Made by a program: the position numbers and the translations under genes. A stretch of DNA of 32,000 nucleotides from positions 1,209,876 through 1,241,875 of the forward strand of contig NZ_JBHSTI010000008.1 of assembly GCF_042660085.1 (NCBI RefSeq), in the 5' to 3' direction. Below the pieces are notes generated by a model. The model ran no database searches. It saw only the letters and a program-made list of their open reading frames with translations, and was not told the origin of the DNA. Within the stretch, counting starts at the first letter, position 1, and each line of letters opens with the position of its first letter. Of this stretch, positions 20,465-28,737 are shown one piece after another. Origin of the DNA: Longivirga aurantiaca (GTDB taxonomy: Bacteria > Actinomycetota > Actinomycetes > S36-B12 > CAIYMF01).

Positions 20465-21496
20465 GTGGTGGGAGCGGCCTCTGCAGACGTGCCCATCGGG
20501 ATCGGCTTCACGCCGTTCGAAGACCGCCTCGATGTCATCGAGCGTGTCACGCGGCACGCCGAGGAACGCGGCCTGGCGTTCGTCTCCGTCGCGGAGGCCA
20601 TGAGTCTGGCGGCACCGCTCGTGCTTGCCCGACTTGCGGCCGTCACGAGCCGGATCGGTCTGACAACAGGCGTGCTGTCGGTGTGGGGGCGTACGCCGGC
20701 CACCTTGGCCATGACCGCGGCGGAGCTGCAGCGGCAGTCGGACGGACGCTTCGTCCTCGGTCTGGGAGCCGGGACGGCCCCCATCGCCGAGGGCTTCCAC
20801 GGGAATCGATGGGAATCGCCGCTGGGACGCTTGCGCTCGACGTGCCTCGCCGTGTCAGCGCTGCTGCGCGGGGAGCGGCTTCCAGACCCTCCGAGCCACG
20901 CGCGACCGCTGGCGCTCGCCAAGCCGCCTGACACGAAGGTGCCGCTTGCGCTCGCCGCCATCACCGATCCCAGCATCCGACTTGCGGGCGAGCTTGCCGA
21001 CCAGTGGCTGCCCTTCCTGCTGCCACCTTCGGCGCTGGACCGAGGCGGAGAGCAGTTGAGGGCGTCCGCTGTTCGGCATGAGCGATCGACCGTGCCGACG
21101 GTGACGGCCGCTATCCCTGTCGCCATCGCGGAGGACGAGGCGACCGCATCGACCATCGCCGCCCGATGGCTCGTGACGTACTGCACGCGCATGGGGCCCG
21201 TCTATCCTCGCGTTCTGCGCGAGAACGGCTACGGCTCCGAGATCGACGCGCTGCTGGAGGCGAGCAGCGATCCTCGCACTCCCGTTCTGCCTGCCGCTGC
21301 CGAACGGCTGGCACGCGACGTGCTCGTCTTCGGCGCCCACGGCGACATGCGCGAGGTCCTCGCCCGCTGGCAGCAGCACGCCGACCAGATCACCCTGGTG
21401 GTTCCGTTCGCCAGCCAGCTCGACGATCTGCTGGTTCTCGTCGACCACGCGGTGACGCCGAGACCGCCCACGCGTCGCGGAGGTCTCTGCGGGTGA
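20465..21496 (+). CDS. LLM-class (luciferase-like) flavin-dependent oxidoreductase
   Basis: RLDVIERVTRHAEERGLAFVSVAEA...RIGLTTGVLSVWGRTPATLAMTAAELQRQSDGRFVLGLGAGTAP. Start chosen among GTG codons 20465/20468/20489. Confidence 0.85.
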   Translation: MVGAASADVPIGIGFTPFEDRLDVIERVTRHAEERGLAFVSVAEAMSLAAPLVLARLAAVTSRIGLTTGVLSVWGRTPATLAMTAAELQRQSDGRFVLGLGAGTAPIAEGFHGNRWESPLGRLRSTCLAVSALLRGERLPDPPSHARPLALAKPPDTKVPLALAAITDPSIRLAGELADQWLPFLLPPSALDRGGEQLRASAVRHERSTVPTVTAAIPVAIAEDEATASTIAARWLVTYCTRMGPVYPRVLRENGYGSEIDALLEASSDPRTPVLPAAAERLARDVLVFGAHGDMREVLARWQQHADQITLVVPFASQLDDLLVLVDHAVTPRPPTRRGGLCG

Positions 21497-21604
21497 GCCG
21501 CATCTGAGCTGCTCCTTGCTGCGTGTCGGCCGCGCGGGGACTGCACGAGCCTGGACGCGCCGGAGGCGTCCGCGATTCTCGGTGACACCTGCCCTTCCGC
21601 GGCC

Positions 21605-22954
21605 GTGCTGGAGGACGATGCAGGTGTGTGCGACACCTTTGCTGCCATGGCCGACGCCACGGCCGACGGGTCGGTGATCCTGGCCAAGAACAGCGACCGC
21701 GAGCCGAACGAGGCGCACGAGGTGATGCTCGTGCCCGCGGCCGAGCACGCGGACGGCGCGCGCCTGCGCTGCACCTACCTCGAGATCCCGCAGGTGCGCC
21801 GCACCCACGCCGTGCTGCTCGCCAAGCCGTACTGGATCTGGGGCGCCGAGATGGGCGCGAACGAGCACGGCGTCGTCATCGGCAACGAGGCGGTGTTCAC
21901 CAAGGTCCCGCACGAGGACGCCGACGGGCTCGTCGGCATGGACCTGCTGCGGCTCGGCCTCGAGCGGGCCGAGAGCGCCGAGGAGGCCGTGCAGGTCATC
22001 ACGTCCCTGCTCGAGGCGCACGGGCAGGGCGGAAGGTGCGGGCACACGTCCGACATGCGCTACGACAACGGGTTCCTCGTCGCCGATCCCCGCGAGGCGT
22101 GGGTGCTCGAGACCGCGGGACGCGAATGGGGCGCGCAGCGCGTGGCGACCACCCGCTCGATCTCCAACGCGATCACCCTCGGACGCGACGCCGACCTGGT
22201 GTCGAGCGGGCTGGTGAGTCGAGCCGTCGAGCGGGGCTGGTCGCGCAGTCCCACCCAGTTCGACTTCGGCCGCGACTACTCCGACTTCCTCTACACGCGC
22301 TTCAGCGACGCGAAGGCACGGCAGTGCCGCACGTCGGATCGTCTCCGGGAACAGAGGGGGCGCATCGACGTCGCCTCGGCGGTCGCCCTCCTGCGCGACC
22401 ACGGCGACGTCGGACCCGGCTGGTCGCCGGCGGGCCGCCTGCTCGGCCAGACGGTGTGCGCCCATGCGGGGTCCGGGCCGGTGCGCGTGAGCCAGTCGAC
22501 CGGCTCGTGGGTCTCCCACCTCGCCGCCGACGGCACCTTCACGCACTGGGTCACGGCAACGTCCGCGCCGTGCACCTCGGTCTTCAAGCCGGTGTGGTTC
22601 GACGGCGGGCCGCCCAGCACCGGCCCTCAGCCGCAGAGGCGGTACGACCGCAGCACCCTCTGGTGGCGGCACGAGGACCTGCACCGCGCCACCCTCGCCG
22701 ACTACCCGACCCTGCATCCGCTCTACGCGGACGAGATCCTCGCGCTCGAGGCACGCCTGCGTGACGAGGCGGCCACTGCCGCGACACCTGACCAGCGCGC
22801 CGACGTCTCGCGCTCGGCCTTCGCCGAGGCCGCCTCCGCCGAGGAGCGCTGGACAGCGTCCGTCCGTGCCCGCGCCCGTCGCGCGTCGCCCCCCGGGCTC
22901 TACGGCCGAGCGTGGCGAGGCTTCGACCGCGCGGCGTCCCGCCCTGTCCCGTGA
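21605..22954 (+). CDS. Peptidase C69 / secernin family protein
   Basis: N-terminal Cys CDTFAAMADATADGSVILAKNSDREPNEAHEV, THAVLLAKPYWIWGAEMGANEHGVVIGNEAVFTK, GLDLLRLGLERAESAEEAVQVI, ILEAHGQGG-like LLEAHGQGGRCGH. Confidence 0.88.
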   Translation: MLEDDAGVCDTFAAMADATADGSVILAKNSDREPNEAHEVMLVPAAEHADGARLRCTYLEIPQVRRTHAVLLAKPYWIWGAEMGANEHGVVIGNEAVFTKVPHEDADGLVGMDLLRLGLERAESAEEAVQVITSLLEAHGQGGRCGHTSDMRYDNGFLVADPREAWVLETAGREWGAQRVATTRSISNAITLGRDADLVSSGLVSRAVERGWSRSPTQFDFGRDYSDFLYTRFSDAKARQCRTSDRLREQRGRIDVASAVALLRDHGDVGPGWSPAGRLLGQTVCAHAGSGPVRVSQSTGSWVSHLAADGTFTHWVTATSAPCTSVFKPVWFDGGPPSTGPQPQRRYDRSTLWWRHEDLHRATLADYPTLHPLYADEILALEARLRDEAATAATPDQRADVSRSAFAEAASAEERWTASVRARARRASPPGLYGRAWRGFDRAASRPVP

Positions 22955-22985
22955 ACCGCCGCACCGACCCGCTGGGAGCGCCCCG

Positions 22986-24254
22986 ATGAGCACGCGCGAC
23001 GACTCTGACCGGCCGACCCGCGCCGAGGTCCTCGACCTGGCGGAGCGCTACGCGTGCCCGAACCGGGTTCGCACGCTCAGGGCCCTCGGTGTCGACCTCG
23101 TCGTCGGGGCGCGTGAGGGGTACCGGCTCTGGGACCTCGACGGACGCGAGTTCCTCGACCTTCACCTCAACGGCGGCGTGTTCAACCTGGGGCACCGCAA
23201 CCACGAGCTGGTGGCCACGCTCGTCGACGCGCTGCAGACGCTGGACATCGGCAACCACCACTTCCCGAGCGTCGAGCGGGCCCTGCTGGCCCGCGACCTC
23301 GTCGAGCTGACTCCGGGGATGAGGTACGCCGTGTTCGCCAGCGGCGGCGGCGAGGCGGTCGAGGTCGCGCTCAAGAGCGCCCGTCGCGCCACCGGTCGAC
23401 GACGCATCGTGTCCGTGAGCGGCGCCTACCACGGTCACACGGGGCTCGCGCTCGCGGCGGGCGATGAGCGCGCCGCCGCGTCCTTCCTGTCCGAGGGGGC
23501 GCCCGGCGAGTTCGCCCACGTGGGCTTCGACGACCTCGCCGCGATCGAGCGCGAGCTGGCGTCGGGCGACGTCGCGGCCGTCGTGCTGGAGACCGTCCCC
23601 GCCACGATCGGCTTCCCGCTCCCGTCGCCGGGCTACCTCGCCGGCGTGCGGGACCTCTGCGACGCAGCCGGGGCCCTCTACGTCGCCGACGAGGTGCAGA
23701 CGGGGCTCGGCCGCACGGGGGAGCTCTGGGGCGTGCAGCGCGAGGGCGTCGTCCCCGACGTGCTGGTGTGCGGCAAGGGGCTCTCCGGCGGGCTGTATCC
23801 CATCGCCGCCGCTCTGCTCTCCGAACGTGCGGGCGCCTGGCTCGAGGAGGACGGCTGGGCGCACATCTCGACGTTCGGCGGCGCTGAGGTCGGGTGCCGC
23901 GTGGCGCGCGAGGTGCTCGCCATCACCGACCACCCGGCGACCCGCGGCCATGTGCGCGGGCTCGTCGACCGGTTCGCCGACGGGCTGGCGGGCATCCGCG
24001 ACCGATACCCCGACCGGCTGGTCGAGGTGCGCCAGACGGGCCTGGTGATCGGCCTGAGGCTCTCGCACCCTCAGGGCGGCATGCTGCTCACCAAGGCGCT
24101 CTACGACCGTGGGGTGTGGGCGATGTTCGCCGGCTTCGATCCCTCCGTCCTGCAGGTCAAGCCGGGCCTGCTGCTCGACGCCGCGACGGCCGAGCTCGCC
24201 CTGGAACGGCTGGACGACGCCGTCTCGTCCCTGCCTGCGGGGACCGCGGCGTGA
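22986..24254 (+). CDS. Class III (PLP-dependent) aminotransferase family protein
   Basis: LWDLDGREFLDLHLNGGVFNLGHRN, SGGGEAVEVALKSAR, YHGHTG, LYVADEVQTGLGRTG, PDVLVCGKGLSGGLYPIAA (PLP Lys). Confidence 0.94.
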   Translation: MSTRDDSDRPTRAEVLDLAERYACPNRVRTLRALGVDLVVGAREGYRLWDLDGREFLDLHLNGGVFNLGHRNHELVATLVDALQTLDIGNHHFPSVERALLARDLVELTPGMRYAVFASGGGEAVEVALKSARRATGRRRIVSVSGAYHGHTGLALAAGDERAAASFLSEGAPGEFAHVGFDDLAAIERELASGDVAAVVLETVPATIGFPLPSPGYLAGVRDLCDAAGALYVADEVQTGLGRTGELWGVQREGVVPDVLVCGKGLSGGLYPIAAALLSERAGAWLEEDGWAHISTFGGAEVGCRVAREVLAITDHPATRGHVRGLVDRFADGLAGIRDRYPDRLVEVRQTGLVIGLRLSHPQGGMLLTKALYDRGVWAMFAGFDPSVLQVKPGLLLDAATAELALERLDDAVSSLPAGTAA

Positions 24255-25195
24255 GAGGGGCGCCCGCGGAGGCCGAGGAGGTGCTGCGCTCCCTGGAGAA
24301 CCGGCTCGATCCGGCGCAGCCCGAGAAGGCGGGCGGGCTCCAGGTGCTCGGCTACGGCGAGGTGTCGGCGTGCCTGCGCCTCGACGGTCTCGACGGGTGG
24401 ATCGTCAAGCGGATGTCGGGATTCGCCGACGAGCCGGCTGCGCGCGCGTACGCCTCGCTCGTGGACGACTACCTCGTCAGGCTCACCGCGCGCGGCGTGA
24501 GCGTCGTCGAGACGCACGCCCTGCTGGTGCCCCGCCCCGGCCGACCGCCTGTCGTCGCCCTGCTGCAGCCGATGCTGCCCAGCGAGTCCCTCGGGCACCG
24601 GCTGCTCGTGCGTGCTGACGACGCCGTTGTCGCCGACGCCGTCCACCGGGTGCTCGCGACCGTCCTCGCCCTCCACCTCGCCGGTACGGAGGACGCCGAC
24701 GGGCTCGAGGCCGCCGTCGACGGGCAGCTGTCGAACTGGTCGTTCGCGGAGGCCGAGGCGCCCGTCCTCGTCGACGTGGGAACGCCGTTCATGCGGCGGG
24801 CCGGCCGGCACCTGGTCGACATCGCGTGGCTCGAGCGGCCCATCCCGCCGGGGCTGCGCGCGTACTACCACCGAAGGGCCCTCGTGGGCGCCTACCTCGA
24901 CGACTACTACGACCCCCGCACGGTCGCGCTGGACCTGCTGGGCAACTTCCACAAGGAGGGCCGGCCCGACCGGATCCCGCTCGGCATCGACATCGTGAAC
25001 CGATGGCTGGTCGACCACCGCGACGCTCTCGGCGAGCGGGCGCCGTTGAGCGGGGTCGAGGTCGAGTCCTACTACCGCTCCGATGCCGACCTGCTCGCCC
25101 TGTACCTCCGGCTCCGGCGCGCTGACCGGTTCCTGCGCACCCGGGTCCTCCGCCGGCCCTACGACTTCATCCTCCCCGGCCACGTCCGACGCTGA
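24251..25195 (+). CDS. Conserved-looking protein of unknown function, possibly kinase-like fold
   Basis: GTG start overlaps TGA of the aminotransferase (gtga). Contains GWIVKRMSGFADEPAARAYASLVDDYLVRLTARGVSVVETHALLV...LVDVGTPFMR. Kinase resemblance is weak. Confidence 0.75.
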   Translation: MRGAPAEAEEVLRSLENRLDPAQPEKAGGLQVLGYGEVSACLRLDGLDGWIVKRMSGFADEPAARAYASLVDDYLVRLTARGVSVVETHALLVPRPGRPPVVALLQPMLPSESLGHRLLVRADDAVVADAVHRVLATVLALHLAGTEDADGLEAAVDGQLSNWSFAEAEAPVLVDVGTPFMRRAGRHLVDIAWLERPIPPGLRAYYHRRALVGAYLDDYYDPRTVALDLLGNFHKEGRPDRIPLGIDIVNRWLVDHRDALGERAPLSGVEVESYYRSDADLLALYLRLRRADRFLRTRVLRRPYDFILPGHVRR

Positions 25196-25337
25196 CGGCC
25201 GCGAAAAAACTGCCCGTCCAGGGAAGTCCTCGGCGCGCGATCTCGTCGGTCGCGGGTCTACCGTGGCAGATGTACGAGGTGCTCCGCCGCTCCTCTGCAG
25301 GCCGGGGCACGTGCCGCGACCGGCGAGAGGCGGCGTC

Positions 25338-25985
25338 ATGGAACTGGTCTACGTCAATCCTGAGAAGTGCATCGGCTGCCTCCAGTGCGAGCTCGCCTGC
25401 GCGGTCGAGCACTCGACATCCCGCAACGTCGCCTCCGCATGGGCGGAGCAGCCCGTCCCACGGACGCGGATCCACGTCGTGCCCGGCCCGGTGGCCGGAT
25501 CCGCGTATCCGGCCCGGTGCCGTCACTGCGACCCGGCGCCCTGCGTGCAGGTCTGCCCCACCGGGTCCATGGCACGCGACGAGAGCCACGACGTGGTCGT
25601 CGTCGACGTCGAGACGTGCATCGACTGCGCCATGTGCGCGATGGTCTGCCCGTTCGATGCGCTGACCTACCACCCCGTGGCGGCCTCGGACGGTGAGCGC
25701 ACCGTCGCGGTGAAGTGCGACGGCTGCATCGAGCGGCTGCGTCGGGGCGAGCAGCCGGCGTGCGTCGAGGCCTGCAAGGTGGGCGCGCTCGTGTACGGCG
25801 ACATCAACGATCTGGCTGCGCAGGGTCGGCTGCGCCAGTCCGGACTGGTCCTCGCCGCGGTGACGGCGGCCGAGGCCGAGGAGGACGCGCGTAGTGGGGG
25901 GCCGGTCGCCGCGTGGCGCGCCTGGGGCGCGTCGGCGGCGAACGTCGTCGCAGCAGCAGCACGAGCCGAAGGAGCCGCACGATGA
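25338..25985 (+). CDS. cooF: CooF-like 4x[4Fe-4S] ferredoxin, CO dehydrogenase electron-transfer subunit
   Basis: MELVYVNPEKCIGCLQCELAC / CRHCDPAPCVQVCP / CIDCAMCAMVCP / CDGCIERLRRGEQPACVEAC = 16 cysteines in four ferredoxin-like sets; directly upstream of cooS. Confidence 0.93.
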   Translation: MELVYVNPEKCIGCLQCELACAVEHSTSRNVASAWAEQPVPRTRIHVVPGPVAGSAYPARCRHCDPAPCVQVCPTGSMARDESHDVVVVDVETCIDCAMCAMVCPFDALTYHPVAASDGERTVAVKCDGCIERLRRGEQPACVEACKVGALVYGDINDLAAQGRLRQSGLVLAAVTAAEAEEDARSGGPVAAWRAWGASAANVVAAAARAEGAAR

Positions 25986-27910
25986 GCACGATGCAGCGCA
26001 GGGACCCGCGGACGATGAGCATCGCCTCGGACGCCCAGCAGATGATCGAGGTCGCGAGGTCCGAAGGCATCGAGACCGTGTGGGACCGCCTGGAGGCCCA
26101 GCAGCCGCAGTGCGGCTTCTGCGTCCTGGGCGTGAGCTGCCGCAACTGCGCCATGGGGCCGTGCCGAGTCGACCCGTTCGGCGCGGGCCCGCAGAAGGGT
26201 GTGTGCGGGGCCGGAGCCGACGTGATCGTCGCCCGCAACCTCGGCCGCACCATCGCCGCCGGCTCCTCGTCGCACTCCGACCACGGGCGCGACATCCTCG
26301 AGGTGTTCGCCGCGACGGCCCACGGAGAGACGACGGGCTACCGCATCCAGGACGTGGGCAAGCTGACGCGGCTGGCGGCCGAGCTCGGAATCCCGACCGA
26401 GGACCGGACGACGACACAGGTCGCCGTCGACCTAGCGGACCGGCTCATGGATGACTTCGGCACCCGGCGCGCATCGTTGTCCTTCGTGGAGAGGTCGCCG
26501 AAGCCCCGCCAGGAGCTGTGGGACCGGCTCGGCGTGACACCGCGCGGCATCGACCGGGAGAACGTGGAGATGCTGCACCGCACTCACATGGGCGTGGACA
26601 ACGACCCCGTCAACATCCTGCTGCACGGGCTCCGCACGAGCCTGGCGGACGGCTGGGGCGGATCGATGATCGCCACAGAGCTCTCCGACATCATGTTCGG
26701 CACCCCGTCGCCGGTGATGTCGACGGTGAACCTGGGCACGCTGAAGCCCGGCTGGGTGAACATCGCCCTCCACGGGCACAACCCGATGCTCTCCGACGTG
26801 ATCGTGCAGGCGGCGGAGGACCCGGCGCTGGTCGACCGCGCACGGGAGCTCGGTGCCGAAGGCATCAACCTCGTGGGCCTGTGCTGCACCGGGAACGAGC
26901 TGCTCATGCGGCGCGGCGTCCCGATGGCGGGCAACCACCTCATGCAGGAGCTGGCCATCATGACCGGCGCCCTGGAGGCGATGGTCGTCGACTACCAGTG
27001 CATCATGCCGTCCGTCACGGACGTGGCGCGGTGCTACCACACGGTCGTCATCTCGACCGCGGACAAGGCCAGGTTCCCGGGCGCGGTCCACGTGTCCTTC
27101 GACCCTGGCCGGGGCCTGGAGATCGGGCGGGACATCGTGTCCCGGGGCGTCGAGGCGTTCGCCAACCGCAACCCCGACCGGGTCCGCATCCCCGACGAGC
27201 CCGTGGAGATCATGGCCGGCTTCTCGGTCGAAGCCATCCTCGGCGCGCTCGGCGGCACGCCGGCGCCTCTGGTCGAGGCGATCGCCGATGGACGCATCCG
27301 CGGGGCCGTGGGAGTCGTGGGCTGCAACAACCCCAAGATCACCCAGGACTACGGACACGTCACCCTCACCCGTCGGCTGATCGAGAACGACATCCTCGTC
27401 CTCGTCACCGGGTGCGCAGCGGTCGCCAACGGAAAGGCCGGTCAGATGGTGCCCGCGGCTGCGTCCCTGGCCGGGCCCGGCCTGCGCGCCACCTGCGAGG
27501 CGCTGGGGATCCCGCCCGTCCTGCACATGGGCTCGTGCGTCGACAACACCCGCATCCTGGTGCTGGCCGCGGCGCTCGCAGACCACCTGGGCGTCGACAT
27601 GAGCCAGCTGCCGCTGGCCGGTGCCGCCCCCGAGTGGTACTCGGAGAAGGCCGTGGCCATCGGTGCGTACGTGGTGGCGAGCGGCATCACGACGGTGCTC
27701 GGCGTCGACCCGCCCATCCTCGGGAGCGCAGCCGTCACGGGGCTGCTCACGAGCGGGCTCGACGACGTGGTCGGTGCCAAGTTCGCGGTCGAGGCGGACC
27801 CGGAGAAGGCCGCGGTGCTGATCCGCCGCCACATCGAGGGGAAGCGTGCCGCGCTCGGTCTCCCTGCGCACGACCTCGACCAGATCAGGGAGCCGGTGGC
27901 GACGGCATGA
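25982..27910 (+). CDS. cooS: Anaerobic-type Ni-Fe-S carbon monoxide dehydrogenase catalytic subunit
   Basis: QPQCGFCVLGVSCRNCAMGPCRV...KGVCGA; HGHNP; GLCCTGNE; DYQCIMPSV; GVVGCNNPK; VTGCAAVANGKAGQM; HMGSCVDNTR. ATG overlaps cooF TGA (ATGA). Confidence 0.97.
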   Translation: MSTMQRRDPRTMSIASDAQQMIEVARSEGIETVWDRLEAQQPQCGFCVLGVSCRNCAMGPCRVDPFGAGPQKGVCGAGADVIVARNLGRTIAAGSSSHSDHGRDILEVFAATAHGETTGYRIQDVGKLTRLAAELGIPTEDRTTTQVAVDLADRLMDDFGTRRASLSFVERSPKPRQELWDRLGVTPRGIDRENVEMLHRTHMGVDNDPVNILLHGLRTSLADGWGGSMIATELSDIMFGTPSPVMSTVNLGTLKPGWVNIALHGHNPMLSDVIVQAAEDPALVDRARELGAEGINLVGLCCTGNELLMRRGVPMAGNHLMQELAIMTGALEAMVVDYQCIMPSVTDVARCYHTVVISTADKARFPGAVHVSFDPGRGLEIGRDIVSRGVEAFANRNPDRVRIPDEPVEIMAGFSVEAILGALGGTPAPLVEAIADGRIRGAVGVVGCNNPKITQDYGHVTLTRRLIENDILVLVTGCAAVANGKAGQMVPAAASLAGPGLRATCEALGIPPVLHMGSCVDNTRILVLAAALADHLGVDMSQLPLAGAAPEWYSEKAVAIGAYVVASGITTVLGVDPPILGSAAVTGLLTSGLDDVVGAKFAVEADPEKAAVLIRRHIEGKRAALGLPAHDLDQIREPVATA

Positions 27911-28737
27911 CCGAAATGCGGCCAGCGCCACTGCGCGTCGTGGTCACCGGCAAGGGCGGCGTCGGCAAGACGACCCTCACCGCTCTCGTCGGGCGACAGC
28001 TCGCGCGGTCGGGTCAGAGGGTGCTCCTGGTGGACGCCGACGAGCAGATGAACCTCGGCCGCACCCTCGGGCTGCCGCCGGCCGCATGCCGCGCCGTCGT
28101 GCCGCTCTCGCGCCAGGACGACTACATAGCGGAGACGGTCGGCGCGCGGCCCGGCGAGAGCGGCGCCATGCTCCGGCTCAACCCCGACACCTCCGACGCC
28201 GTCGCGCGGTTCGGGATCGATGGACCCGACGGCGTCCGGCTCCTCGTCATGGGCGGGCTGCGCGCCGCGGGCGGCGGTTGCCTGTGCCCCGAGCACTCGT
28301 TGCTCAGCGCGGTCGTCGCAGGAGTCGGCCGTGAGCACGCGGACGTCGTGCTGATGGACACCCACGCCGGCGTCGAGCATTTCGGCCGGGCCCTTGCCCG
28401 CGGGTTCGACAGGGCCCTGGTCGTGACCGACCCGTCGGCGAACGGCGTCGCCGTCGCCCTCGAGACCGCACGCCTGGCGAGGGATCTCGGGATCCCGCGC
28501 ATCATGCTCGTGGTCAACCGTGCCCGCTCGTCCGCCGACGGGGATCGGGTGGAACGGCTCCTCGCGGACGAGGGCGGATTCCGTTTCGAGTCGGTGACCG
28601 TGCTGCCCTGGGACGACTCCGTGCTCGACTCGGACCCGTCCGTCGGCGCCCTCGTCGACGGTGCGGGCCGCCTGGCCGCGTCCACGGCCCCACTGCTCGC
28701 CGGGTGGCTCACGCCCAGGAGGGAGCTCGTGACATGA
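27907..28737 (+). CDS. cooC: CooC-like P-loop ATPase (CODH nickel-insertion accessory protein)
   Basis: Deviant Walker A VTGKGGVGKTTL, VDADEQMNLGRTLG, CLCPEHSLL (CxC motif), VLMDTHAGVEHFGRA; ATG overlaps cooS TGA (ATGA). Confidence 0.94.
   Translation: MTEMRPAPLRVVVTGKGGVGKTTLTALVGRQLARSGQRVLLVDADEQMNLGRTLGLPPAACRAVVPLSRQDDYIAETVGARPGESGAMLRLNPDTSDAVARFGIDGPDGVRLLVMGGLRAAGGGCLCPEHSLLSAVVAGVGREHADVVLMDTHAGVEHFGRALARGFDRALVVTDPSANGVAVALETARLARDLGIPRIMLVVNRARSSADGDRVERLLADEGGFRFESVTVLPWDDSVLDSDPSVGALVDGAGRLAASTAPLLAGWLTPRRELVT

Noticed and set aside
20855-24068. Long minus-strand ORFs of 712 aa (20855-22993) and 494 aa (22584-24068)
   Set aside because: They lie antisense to recognisable LLM, secernin and aminotransferase genes and have no recognisable motifs.
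26432-27931. 499-aa minus-strand ORF antisense to cooS (also 739-aa ORF 26518-28737 before 27907)
   Set aside because: Arg/Gly/Pro/His-rich frame-shadow of cooS; only the portion from 27907 in the plus frame is real (cooC).
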